Source of the DNA: an uncultured Eubacteriales bacterium
Lineage (GTDB): Bacteria > Bacillota > Clostridia > Oscillospirales > CAG-272
Direction of reading: 5' to 3'
Length of the DNA: 64,000 nucleotides
NCBI GenBank assembly: GCA_934486825.1
Contig: CAKSQF010000012.1
Coordinates: forward strand, 14,751-78,750
Shown: positions 45,208-53,955 of the stretch, in pieces
Position numbering within the stretch: position 1 is the stretch's first letter
Layout: the number at the start of each line of letters is the position of its first letter
Position numbers and translations under genes: made by a program
Notes under the pieces: generated by a model
Seen by the model: only the letters and a program-made list of their open reading frames with translations
The model's database searches: none
What the model was told of the DNA's origin: nothing

Positions 45208-46641
45208 ATGAAAAAAACACTATCGGTTATTCTTTCGCTGGTAATGGCGTTCACGGCAATCTGCGCCGTCGCCGCCTTGCCTTCATTCGCCGCCGACGGC
45301 AACGGATACAAAAACAAATACAGAGATCGGGCAACTTGGTCCAGTCCGTTTTACGGTCGCTGGTCATTCAACGCAGGTCCGATCACCGCCTACGTCGAAA
45401 AAAGCGAAATAGACAAATTTGCGGGCGAAGGCGGCATCGGCGCTTACAGCTCGCGTCCCAAGGAGCTGCCTGTCGTATATCTGCTGATAAAGCATTTCGG
45501 AATCAGCAAGGAACAGTTCACGACGGCTGTCAGAAACGGCGCAAAGGATTATCTCCTTCTCGACGAAGACAAGGAGTTTGACTTTTATTCAAACTGCTCC
45601 TTCACCGACGAAATGATCGAAATCCTCTATTCGGGTGACGAGGATCTCATAAAACAGACGCTTCACCGCCCGACGGTCTTCTACTACAAAGGACAGCTCT
45701 ACACATTCAAGGAGCTTCGTTCCGTCGAATACACCCCGACCGCAACACTCCGGGAAATGCAGAAAAGCGGCGGGCTTGACGATTATCTGCACACCCTTTT
45801 CGTCGCGGCAGCCTTAGGCGGAAGCAGGGGGAACGTAAAGTTTTACAGACTTTTCGATGACAGAGCTTTCGATCGGTACTACGACTTTTTCGGCAACAGC
45901 TGCGACGAGACATTTGATTATATAACGCAGATCTACAAACGTCTCGGTCAGGAGCCTCCCTTCGATATGACCGTATCCCCCGACTACGGAAACACATACG
46001 ACATGACCGAAAAGACAGACATTGAATTTTCCGCATACCGCCGTTTTTACGACCTGTGGTCGGTAAACATCGGTCCGGTCATGGCATGTCTCGGGATAGA
46101 CAGTCCGGAAAGATTCCTGTCACCGGAGTATGCCTACACCCCGGAATCGGAGGCACAGCTTCCGCTTGTGTATCAGCTTATAAAACGTTTCAAAATCAGC
46201 AAAGACCGCTTTAAAAAAGCGGTCAGGAGCGGCTCCAAAAAATATGTTCTCGAAGACGGCACAAAAGCGGATCCCGCTTCAAGCTGCACCTTCACCGACG
46301 AAATAATCGAAATTCTCTATTCGGGTGACGAGGATCTTATAAAGCGGACGCTCCACCGCCCGACAGTCTTTTATTACAAAGGACAGCTCTACACCTTCGG
46401 TGAACTGATGCATTACAGCCTGCCGCTCGGAGAGATGCAGAAAAACGGCGGACTTGACGATTATCTGCAAACGGTCTTTCTCACAAGCAGGCTTGCCGAC
46501 AGCTACGGCGGGCTTGACGGCTATGGCGACATTTACTTTCATAACTACGACTGCTACCGCAAAAACGATGTTGTCGCATGCATAAAGGACATTTACGAAC
46601 GTCTCGGACAAAAGCCTCCGTTTGAAACGGATCCGAAATAA
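45208..46641 (+). CDS. Secreted protein of unknown function, two copies of a ~210-aa domain (paralogue family member 1)
   Basis: Signal peptide MKKTLSVILSLVMAFTAICAVAALPSFA and AAAGGAG RBS. Internal duplication with FTDE(M/I)IEILYSGDEDLIK(Q/R)TLHRPTVFYYKGQLYTF present twice. Confidence 0.75.
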   Translation: MKKTLSVILSLVMAFTAICAVAALPSFAADGNGYKNKYRDRATWSSPFYGRWSFNAGPITAYVEKSEIDKFAGEGGIGAYSSRPKELPVVYLLIKHFGISKEQFTTAVRNGAKDYLLLDEDKEFDFYSNCSFTDEMIEILYSGDEDLIKQTLHRPTVFYYKGQLYTFKELRSVEYTPTATLREMQKSGGLDDYLHTLFVAAALGGSRGNVKFYRLFDDRAFDRYYDFFGNSCDETFDYITQIYKRLGQEPPFDMTVSPDYGNTYDMTEKTDIEFSAYRRFYDLWSVNIGPVMACLGIDSPERFLSPEYAYTPESEAQLPLVYQLIKRFKISKDRFKKAVRSGSKKYVLEDGTKADPASSCTFTDEIIEILYSGDEDLIKRTLHRPTVFYYKGQLYTFGELMHYSLPLGEMQKNGGLDDYLQTVFLTSRLADSYGGLDGYGDIYFHNYDCYRKNDVVACIKDIYERLGQKPPFETDPK

Positions 46642-46667
46642 CAAAAAGGAGGGCAAACAGACAGGAA

Positions 46668-47444
46668 ATGAAAAAGATCATATCGGTTTTTCTCTCGCTT
46701 GCAACGACGCTCGGCACGGCAATGCTGTTATGCTTCTCCGTACCGACGGTAACGGCGTTTGATTATACCAAGAGCGAATGCCCGTACAATCACATAGTAA
46801 ACGACTGCCTCGGCTATTACGGGCTGTGGTCGGTCAGTGCGGGACCCGTATACCGATATGTCGGAAAATCGGAAACGGACAAATTCGCAATAAGCTATTA
46901 CGACAATTACCCGTACAGCGATCTGCCGCTTGTCTACCTTATGATAAAAAAATTCGGCATATCGAAGGAGAAATTCACAGCAGCATGCGAGGAGGGCAAA
47001 AAGACCCTCCGACCGTCCGACAGCGAAGTCTCCGATGATTATTACGAAAACTGCATATTTACCTCCGAGATCATAGAAATACTCTACTCGGGCGACGAAA
47101 ATCTCATAAGAAAAACGCTCCACCGCCCGGAAGTATTTTATTTCGACGGCAGACTTTACACGCTCGGCAAGCTTGCCGGTCTGTCTGCCGAAACGCTCGG
47201 AAAAATGCGGGAAAACGGCGACCTGGACGAATATCTGCGCGACAGCTTCATTATGTCGGTACTGCTCAGGCGCTACGACGGCGGGGACATGTACACCAAA
47301 AAAACACTGTCCTTCTGCAATTTCGCCGGAAAATCCTACGATCCGGTCGATTCGACCGTTAAATCAATATACCAAAAGCTCGGGCAGGAGCCGCCGTTCG
47401 ATCTGACGGCGACCGCGAAGCCCTACGACATTTATACAAATTAA
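46668..47444 (+). CDS. Secreted protein, single copy of the same domain (family member 2)
   Basis: Signal peptide. WSVSAGPV, LPLVYLMIKKFGISKEKF, FTSEIIEILYSGDENLIRKTLHRPEVFYFDGRLYTL and YQKLGQEPPFD match member 1. Confidence 0.75.
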   Translation: MKKIISVFLSLATTLGTAMLLCFSVPTVTAFDYTKSECPYNHIVNDCLGYYGLWSVSAGPVYRYVGKSETDKFAISYYDNYPYSDLPLVYLMIKKFGISKEKFTAACEEGKKTLRPSDSEVSDDYYENCIFTSEIIEILYSGDENLIRKTLHRPEVFYFDGRLYTLGKLAGLSAETLGKMRENGDLDEYLRDSFIMSVLLRRYDGGDMYTKKTLSFCNFAGKSYDPVDSTVKSIYQKLGQEPPFDLTATAKPYDIYTN

Positions 47445-47464
47445 AGAAGTAAGGAGATTCAATC

Positions 47465-48391
47465 ATGAAAAGAACAATATCTGCTTTCCTCGCCATAATA
47501 TTTACAGTCATTTTCGCCGCAACAATGGCGGTTTCCTGCAACAGAACCGACGCCGGTTCAACGACAGCCGGCAATACTGCCGACACTTCCGCAAGCATCG
47601 GAACGACAGCCGCTCCTTCGACAACGGTCAACCCGACAACGACACTGCCGACCACCTCAAAGGACCCGGCATCCTCCACTACGGCAAGAACCGGCTTTGT
47701 TGAGCCGGAGGGCACGCCCGATCCGATCGCAGAGCTTGACCCGATCTTCACCGTCCCCGCAAAGCGCCCGCCGAACACACTGCGCAATGCGGAAGAGCTT
47801 CGCCGCCGCTATCCCGACTATCTCTACGATTACACCGTTTTCAACAAATATGTGGGCAAATGGAAGGTTCACAACATAGTCAGCGAATACATAAAAAGAG
47901 ACGACTACGATCAGCTTCCGATCGCCTACATAATCATACAGGACCTTCTCAAAAACCCGACACAGGACGCACTCGACTACATAAAGCAGTGCAGAGAGAA
48001 CCCCGACTGCGGTGAATCGGAGCTCTGGCTGATGAATCAGTATGTGAACATCATAATCAGCCGCTCGGTATCCGAGATCAGTTACAGCTCCAAAAATTAC
48101 AGCTCGTACGGCTCAAGCCCGACCGATCTGCTCTATCTGCAGATGTACGGCATCGAAGGATATGAAAATCTGCTCAAAAAGCAGCTGAAATCGGTTACAA
48201 CCTACTATTACGACGGCGAGCTTTACACGATATACGATCTGAACGACGAAAAGGTCGTCAGCGCGGAGCTTCTCGGCGAAATGGTCTCGAAGGGCATGCT
48301 TGAGGACTACATCAGAACGATGGAAAAGCTCGAAAGAGGGATCGACGTCAAAAAACTCGTATCGGCAGTCAAAACACGTGCCGGACTGTAA
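47465..48391 (+). CDS. Lipoprotein with a Thr/Ser-rich linker and a divergent copy of the same domain (family member 3)
   Basis: Lipobox MAVSCN and AAGGAG RBS. LPIAYIIIQDL ... LLKKQLKSVTTYYYDGELYTIYDL aligns with the conserved core of members 1 and 2. Confidence 0.7.
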   Translation: MKRTISAFLAIIFTVIFAATMAVSCNRTDAGSTTAGNTADTSASIGTTAAPSTTVNPTTTLPTTSKDPASSTTARTGFVEPEGTPDPIAELDPIFTVPAKRPPNTLRNAEELRRRYPDYLYDYTVFNKYVGKWKVHNIVSEYIKRDDYDQLPIAYIIIQDLLKNPTQDALDYIKQCRENPDCGESELWLMNQYVNIIISRSVSEISYSSKNYSSYGSSPTDLLYLQMYGIEGYENLLKKQLKSVTTYYYDGELYTIYDLNDEKVVSAELLGEMVSKGMLEDYIRTMEKLERGIDVKKLVSAVKTRAGL

Positions 48392-48404
48392 AAAACAAAT
48401 CCCC

Positions 48405-48434
48405 AAAAAGCCGACTTCGGTCGGCTTTTATTTT
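48405..48434 (+). terminator. Terminator after the paralogue cluster
   Basis: AAAAAGCCGAC-TTCG-GTCGGCTTTT followed by ATTTTA. Confidence 0.8.
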
Positions 48435-48438
48435 ATTC

Positions 48439-48467
48439 TTGACAGAAAGATTGCATTGTGCTAAAAT
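48439..48467 (+). promoter_or_regulatory. Promoter of the dehydrogenase/hslO unit
   Basis: TTGACA-17 bp-TAAAAT. Confidence 0.6.
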
Positions 48468-48502
48468 ATAGCCACAAATCACGAAAGGTCGGACAAACAG
48501 CA

Positions 48503-49471
48503 ATGATCCCGGATAAAAAGAAACCGAAAATAGTCTTTACCGATGCGGCGACCGTATCGCAGGACGACATTTCGCTCGATCCGATAAGAAAACTCGGCGA
48601 GCTTGTCTGCTACAAATCAACCTCTCCGGAGTTGCTCGGAGAACGGATCGCCGATGCCGATATAGTTCTCTGCAACAAAACAAAAATCGGAAAAGCGGAC
48701 ATGGAAGCCGCACCGCGGCTCTCATGCATTGCACTGTTTGCGACCGGCTACAACAACATCGACACCGTCGCCGCGGCAGAGCGCGGAATTGCCGTCTGCA
48801 ATGCGGGAAGCTATTCGACAAACGCGGTCGCACAGCACACCTTTGCGCTCCTGCTTGAGCTTTGTTCAAGAGTCGGCGGCTACAACGACTTTGTAAGAGA
48901 GGGCGGCTGGAAAAGCAGTTCGCTGTTCTCGGTATTCCGTTACCCGATGACCGAACTTCACGGCAAAACCTTCGGCATTGTCGGACTCGGTTCAATAGGC
49001 TGTGCGGTCGCAAGGATCGCCGCAGCCTTCGGCATGAAGGTGATCGCATACACGAGAACGTCGAAAAACATCGACGGCGTGACTCTTGTCGGGTTTGACG
49101 AACTGCTCGCCGAAGCGGATGTTATAAGCGTACACTGTCCGCTGACTCCCGAAACAAAGGAACTGTTCGGCGAAAAGGAATTTACCGCGATGAAGGAGTC
49201 GGCGTTTTTCATAAACACCTCGCGCGGCGGAGTCGTGAACGAGACCTCTCTCGCAAAAGCGATCGACTCGGGCATGATCGCGGGCGCGGCGCTCGACGTA
49301 CTTTGCAACGAGCCGCAAAGTCCCGATTGTCCGCTTGTCGCGGGAGATCGGCTTATAATTACTCCGCACGTCGCATGGACACCGCTCGAAACAAGGCAGC
49401 GCCTTGTCGGAACGGTTGCCGGAAACATCGCAAATTTCCTTGCGGGACATCCGACAAACAAGGTAAACTGA
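48503..49471 (+). CDS. D-isomer-specific 2-hydroxyacid dehydrogenase (glycerate dehydrogenase-like)
   Basis: NAD fold GIVGLGSIGCAVARIAAAFGMKV plus catalytic-region motifs INTSRGG and ITPHVAW. The ATG at 48503 lies downstream of the predicted TSS. Confidence 0.8.
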   Translation: MIPDKKKPKIVFTDAATVSQDDISLDPIRKLGELVCYKSTSPELLGERIADADIVLCNKTKIGKADMEAAPRLSCIALFATGYNNIDTVAAAERGIAVCNAGSYSTNAVAQHTFALLLELCSRVGGYNDFVREGGWKSSSLFSVFRYPMTELHGKTFGIVGLGSIGCAVARIAAAFGMKVIAYTRTSKNIDGVTLVGFDELLAEADVISVHCPLTPETKELFGEKEFTAMKESAFFINTSRGGVVNETSLAKAIDSGMIAGAALDVLCNEPQSPDCPLVAGDRLIITPHVAWTPLETRQRLVGTVAGNIANFLAGHPTNKVN

Positions 49472-49494
49472 TAAAGAAGGAAGGATATGATATT

Positions 49495-50430
49495 ATGTCG
49501 AAAATTCTGCGTGCAATGACGACCGACGGGTCGGCACAGATAATTATGATAAATTCAACCGATACGGTAAAAGAGGCTGTGCGCATACATCACACAAGTC
49601 CGACCGCGACTGCGGCTTTTTCAAGGGTGCTTACCGCCGCATCGCTTATGGGCTCAACACTTAAGGACAAGGGCAACACTCTGACGCTCAGCATACGCGG
49701 AAACGGTCGCAACGGTCACATACTTGCGGTCGCGGACTACATGGGCAATGTCAAGGGCTATATCGAAAATCCCGAGCTTGACAGTCCGCGCAAGCCGGAC
49801 GGAAGAATCGACGTTGCGGGTGCGATCGGCAAGGGAACGCTGAATGTCGTGCGCGATACGGGCGAAAAAGAACCGTATGTCGGCGTTATCGACATGCCGT
49901 CGGGCGAGATCGCCGAGGATATAACCCATTACTACGGCGATTCGGAACAGATACCGTCGGTCTGTGCGCTCGGCGAAATAATCACCCCCGAGGGCGGACT
50001 TGAAGCCGCAGGCGGATTTTTGCTTATGCTTCTCCCTATGGCTGACGACGGGGTAGTCAAAAAGATCGAGGACAATGTATCAAAGCTTGACGGAATGTCG
50101 GCTCTCCTTGCAAAGGGACTGTCGAACAAAGGAATTGCAGAGCTTGTCCTTGAAGGCATACCCTTTGACGTTTTCGACGAATACGAAGTCGGATTTTCCT
50201 GCGACTGTTCGAGAGAGAGGATGGGCAATGCCCTGCTGACGCTTAACCCTGTCGATCTTTACAATATACTTGTTAAAGACGGAGCGATAGAGGTCGGATG
50301 CCAGTTCTGCAGGAAGACGTTTTCGTTCACGGGTTCGGACATCGAAAAGATAAGGATAGCAAAAGGACTTGCAAAGCCGAGAAAGAACACCGGAAGCACC
50401 GATGAAAAGGCTGAGAAAAAGGAAGACTGA
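49495..50430 (+). CDS. hslO: Redox-regulated chaperone Hsp33
   Basis: MSKILRAMTTDGSAQIIMINSTD N-terminus, with the C-terminal zinc centre CDCSRERM ... CQFCRKTF. Confidence 0.85.
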   Translation: MSKILRAMTTDGSAQIIMINSTDTVKEAVRIHHTSPTATAAFSRVLTAASLMGSTLKDKGNTLTLSIRGNGRNGHILAVADYMGNVKGYIENPELDSPRKPDGRIDVAGAIGKGTLNVVRDTGEKEPYVGVIDMPSGEIAEDITHYYGDSEQIPSVCALGEIITPEGGLEAAGGFLLMLLPMADDGVVKKIEDNVSKLDGMSALLAKGLSNKGIAELVLEGIPFDVFDEYEVGFSCDCSRERMGNALLTLNPVDLYNILVKDGAIEVGCQFCRKTFSFTGSDIEKIRIAKGLAKPRKNTGSTDEKAEKKED

Positions 50431-50523
50431 ACACACATCCGGACAAAAAAGCGACGAAAAAAGGTGCCGCTTTTGCGCCCCATGAAAATTTTTATAATTT
50501 TTTTGATTTTTTCAAAAAAACTA

Positions 50524-50552
50524 TTGACAAATAAAAGGTGCTATGATATAAT
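50524..50552 (+). promoter_or_regulatory. Promoter of the five-tRNA operon
   Basis: TTGACA-17 bp-TATAAT preceded by a T/A tract (TTTTTTCAAAAAAA). Confidence 0.7.
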
Positions 50553-50587
50553 TACATCCGCCGCGATAAGTAAATCGCGGGCGGTAT

Positions 50588-50663
50588 GGAAGTTTAGCTC
50601 AGCTGGGAGAGCATCTGCCCTACAAGCAGAGGGTCATAGGTTCGAGCCCTATAACTTCCACCA
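50588..50663 (+). tRNA. tRNA-Val (anticodon TAC)
   Basis: Manual cloverleaf: acceptor GGAAGTT/AACTTCC, anticodon loop CCTACAA (note C at position 33), encoded CCA. Confidence 0.8.
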
Positions 50664-50689
50664 ACAGTTCCGGCAATAGTCGGAGCTTT

Positions 50690-50766
50690 GGCCTGGTAGC
50701 TCAGTTGGTTAGAGCGCTAGCCTGTCACGCTAGAGGTCGTGGGTTCGAGCCCCATCCGGGTCGCCA
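50690..50766 (+). tRNA. tRNA-Asp (anticodon GTC)
   Basis: Acceptor GGCCTGG/CCGGGTC with two G-T pairs, anticodon loop CTGTCAC, T-loop TTCGAGC, encoded CCA. Confidence 0.85.
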
Positions 50767-50797
50767 ACGACCGACGCAGAAGCGTCGGTCGCTATTT

Positions 50798-50873
50798 GCC
50801 TCTGTAGCTCAGTTGGTAGAGCGAGGGACTGAAAATCCCTGTGTCGTTGGTTCGATTCCGACCGGAGGCACCA
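50798..50873 (+). tRNA. tRNA-Phe (anticodon GAA)
   Basis: Acceptor GCCTCTG/CGGAGGC, anticodon loop CTGAAAA, T-loop TTCGATT, encoded CCA. Confidence 0.9.
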
Positions 50874-50947
50874 ATCCCGAGAGGGGTTGATGAGGACTTT
50901 GGACACGAGTCCGACAACCCGCCGAAAGTTGTAAAATATCGGCATCC

Positions 50948-51023
50948 GCGGATTTAGCTCATTTGGTAGAGCGCCACCTTGCCAAGGTGGAGGTGGCGGG
51001 TTCGAGCCCCGTAATCCGCTCCA
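50948..51023 (+). tRNA. tRNA-Gly (anticodon GCC)
   Basis: Acceptor GCGGATT/AATCCGC, anticodon stem CCACC/GGTGG with loop TTGCCAA, encoded CCA. Confidence 0.9.
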
Positions 51024-51113
51024 AAAAAGGAAGTCCATGGCAAAGGCGCAGGAAGAGAAAGCCGTACTGAGCCGTGGATTTTTTCATAGAACGCCGTCGT
51101 AAAGACGGCGGAC

Positions 51114-51187
51114 GGCGCCATAGCCAAGCGGTAAGGCAGAGGTCTGCAAAACCTTTATCCCCGGTCCGATTCCGGGTGGCGCCTCCA
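51114..51187 (+). tRNA. tRNA-Cys (anticodon GCA)
   Basis: Acceptor GGCGCCA/TGGCGCC, anticodon loop CTGCAAA, T-arm CCCGG-TCCGATT-CCGGG (unusual C at position 55), encoded CCA. Confidence 0.8.
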
Positions 51188-51194
51188 AAATACA

Positions 51195-51222
51195 AAACAC
51201 CCCTTGCGGGTGTTTTTGTGTT
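51195..51222 (+). terminator. Terminator of the tRNA operon
   Basis: ACACCC-CTTGC-GGGTGT followed by TTTTGTGTTTT. Confidence 0.75.
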
Positions 51223-51429
51223 TTGGACCTGTTAAATATCGCCTTCGGTATCAATCGGATATTTCACTTATTCTTTGCCGTTTCACTTGACACAACAAAA
51301 AATATATGTTACACTGACTGCGAAAGGCGGTGCCGCTGCGTTTGCCTGCCGATATTTGATATGGTTTATGATATAACTGTCACGCAGACAGTTCGGGTGC
51401 CGTTTTGTCATCCCCGGATCGGAGTTATT

Positions 51430-51771
51430 ATGTTCGGAATGTTTTACATAATGTTTTATATAGTATTTTTTCTTGTAATCGCGGTATTTGTTTTTGTGTT
51501 TGTTAAAGGTATCGGCGAATGGATCGGCAATAACAACTCGCCGAGGTTATCGGTAGAAGCGAAGATTGTGGACAAGAGAACGGCAACGCACCACCACAAC
51601 GGCGCTCACTGTCACACTGCGCACTCTTATCACATCACATTTGAGGTCCGTAGCGGAGATCGCATGGAGCTTGCCGTACCGGAAAGCGAGTTCGGCTTGC
51701 TTATCGAAGGCGATGAAGGTATTCTGTCGTTTCAGGGAACACGCTATCTCGGATTTGAAAGAAAACACTGA
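51430..51771 (+). CDS. DUF2500-like small membrane protein
   Basis: 113 aa with a GGAG RBS and an N-terminal TM helix. Then SVEAKIVDKRT...YHITFEVRSGDRMELAVPESEFGLLIEGDEGILSFQGTRYLGFER, a pattern I associate with DUF2500. Confidence 0.6.
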   Translation: MFGMFYIMFYIVFFLVIAVFVFVFVKGIGEWIGNNNSPRLSVEAKIVDKRTATHHHNGAHCHTAHSYHITFEVRSGDRMELAVPESEFGLLIEGDEGILSFQGTRYLGFERKH

Positions 51772-51810
51772 TCGTGTACATCGGCAGGCTACCGCCCCGG
51801 AAGCATATTT

Positions 51811-51850
51811 TTACGCCAAATCACTTTTTTCGGTGATTTGGCGTAAATTC
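51811..51850. terminator. Bidirectional terminator between convergent genes
   Basis: TTACGCCAAATCAC-TTTTTTCG-GTGATTTGGCGTAA. Confidence 0.75.
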
Positions 51851-51940
51851 TTTTCCGAAGGGCACAAACGCATGGTATTGCAGGCAGACACTTTGTCTGT
51901 ATGCACGTCGGAGCGCATCCGACCGTCCTATATCATGCTG

Positions 51941-53179
51941 TTACCGCACCGACTCCGATTTTCTTTTTGCGAACCGATTCCAACGTCCGATGACCGATCC
52001 GCAGCAGACCGTACCGAAAAGCGCAATCAGCGCCCAGATGCCTGTTGTGAACTCCCAGCCTCTTCTCTCCGAAATGGCGGCAAAGCCGTAGGAGGAGAGC
52101 GCACTGCCCACATAAGTGAAGGTGTTCAGAACACCGGAAATCGTCGAAACCTTTCCGTATCCGGAAAAATACGCCGGAAGACGGCTTATCAACAGCATAT
52201 TTACGCCATGCATACAGCCTGTTATCAGCATCATGCAGACGACCGACACAACCGCACCCGTCTGACCGAGCAGACGCAGGATCACTCCCGACAGGCAGGC
52301 AAGTCCGAACAGCAGAGTCGAAGCGGTCAGATCGCTCCCGACCTTTTTCTGCAACAGCGAGGCGGCTGAAATACTTACGATGCCGAATATCGGAAGTACG
52401 ACGGTTGTAAGAACGGACATGTCGGTCCCGAAACTGTAATTATCCGCAATATATGCCGGCATCCATGTCGTGATGCCGTCGCGCAGCATTCCCTGCAACA
52501 CAATGCCGAGGATGATCGGAACAAGTCCGGTCGCATGTATAATATGACGCACCCAGTGACCGGCCGCGACCCGTGCTGCGTCATCGTTTTTTTGTATTTT
52601 TGTCGGAGACTCACAGCGCTTTTCGGAAAAAATCCATACAAAAGCGACACATACACCGATCAGAGCGGGAACGAAGAACGCGCTCCTCCAACCGGATGCC
52701 GCTATGCATGCCGGCACCAGCAGATAAACAGCGATCGAACCCACAGATGCGGCGATTGACACAAGCAGGCTTGCCTTACGGTAATTTCCGTCGTCCAGAT
52801 TTTCCGTCATTATACGGACAAGCGGCGGCCAGAGCATCGCCTGTGCAAAGCCGTTTATACACCACAATACCGTCATACCGATAATATCGGATAGAAAAAC
52901 CATTCCGAAATTGCAGAGCGAGGTCGCGAAAATGCCGACGGCAATGACGATCCGGGGAGAAAATCTGTCCCCGAGCCAGCCGCTGAAAAGCTGTCCCGCG
53001 CCGTAGGTGACAAACATCCCTGTCAGCGCACAGCTTCCGGTTTCCTTATCGATTCCCATATCGCGCACAATTTCCACAAGCGCCGCCGCATAATTATGCC
53101 GCGTCAGATAGCTTGTAAAATAGACCGCACAGCACAAAAAAATCAGCAGACCCGACCGCTTCCTTACGGACCTTATCAT
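51941..53179 (-). CDS. MFS transporter (organophosphate:Pi antiporter-like)
   Basis: 412 aa with 12 TM segments. The N-terminal YFTSYLTRHNYAAAL motif resembles the GlpT/UhpC group. ATGA overlap with the upstream gene. Confidence 0.7.
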   Translation of the reverse strand: MIRSVRKRSGLLIFLCCAVYFTSYLTRHNYAAALVEIVRDMGIDKETGSCALTGMFVTYGAGQLFSGWLGDRFSPRIVIAVGIFATSLCNFGMVFLSDIIGMTVLWCINGFAQAMLWPPLVRIMTENLDDGNYRKASLLVSIAASVGSIAVYLLVPACIAASGWRSAFFVPALIGVCVAFVWIFSEKRCESPTKIQKNDDAARVAAGHWVRHIIHATGLVPIILGIVLQGMLRDGITTWMPAYIADNYSFGTDMSVLTTVVLPIFGIVSISAASLLQKKVGSDLTASTLLFGLACLSGVILRLLGQTGAVVSVVCMMLITGCMHGVNMLLISRLPAYFSGYGKVSTISGVLNTFTYVGSALSSYGFAAISERRGWEFTTGIWALIALFGTVCCGSVIGRWNRFAKRKSESVR

Positions 53180-53955
53180 ATTACGCTCTGCCCTTCCCAG
53201 TCACGGTTTGCGGGAATTCCGAGCAGCTTGGTTACCGTAGGTGCGATATCCAGAATACTTACATTTTCAAGCCGTTTTCCGCCCTCAAACTCGGGACCGC
53301 AAAACAGGATCGGAATTGTCATGTCCTCGGGCATTTCGCTTCCGTGACAGCGATCGTGACCGCCGTGATCCGCCGTTATAATTACGCGATATTCATCCGG
53401 GAGAACCGAGATAACCTTCTGCATGGCATCCACTGCCTCATACAGCGAATCGAGATACTCCTTCCCCATCCAGCCGTACTTGTGTCCGCACTCGTCGGGC
53501 AGACCGATATAGAAAAAGACGAAATCGGGCAATTCCTCCGGTATGTATCCGCATATCTCGCGGAGAGTCATTTTCAGTGATCTGTGCATCCCCTCCGCGC
53601 ATCTTCCCGCCGCCATATAACTGAAATCCAACGTACCCGGGCGGGACAGATCACGCAGTTGTTCCCAGTCATAGAAGCTTGCCGTTTTCCCCTCAAAGCG
53701 GTTGACCTGCTCAAACAGACCGACGATCGGACGCACCTGCGGAGCGTAGTCGTTTGTCAGCGTATTGTGCCGCTGCGGCGTCACGCTGTGAAAAAGCGAC
53801 ATATGACAGGGCAGTGTCACGCTCGGCATGACCGTCCTTCCCTCCATGGTATAACTGCATGTCTTCATCAGCTCCCCGACAAACGGATGTCCGCAGTTTT
53901 GCAGACCGTCCGGACGCATGCCGTCAGCCAATATCAGAATTACTTTGTTTTTCAT
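53176..53955 (-). CDS. Alkaline-phosphatase-superfamily phosphodiesterase/nucleotide pyrophosphatase-like enzyme
   Basis: 259 aa with ILADGMRPDGL, nucleophile region PSVTLPCHMSLF, and metal ligands ITADHGGHD..HG. Confidence 0.7.
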   Translation of the reverse strand: MKNKVILILADGMRPDGLQNCGHPFVGELMKTCSYTMEGRTVMPSVTLPCHMSLFHSVTPQRHNTLTNDYAPQVRPIVGLFEQVNRFEGKTASFYDWEQLRDLSRPGTLDFSYMAAGRCAEGMHRSLKMTLREICGYIPEELPDFVFFYIGLPDECGHKYGWMGKEYLDSLYEAVDAMQKVISVLPDEYRVIITADHGGHDRCHGSEMPEDMTIPILFCGPEFEGGKRLENVSILDIAPTVTKLLGIPANRDWEGQSVI

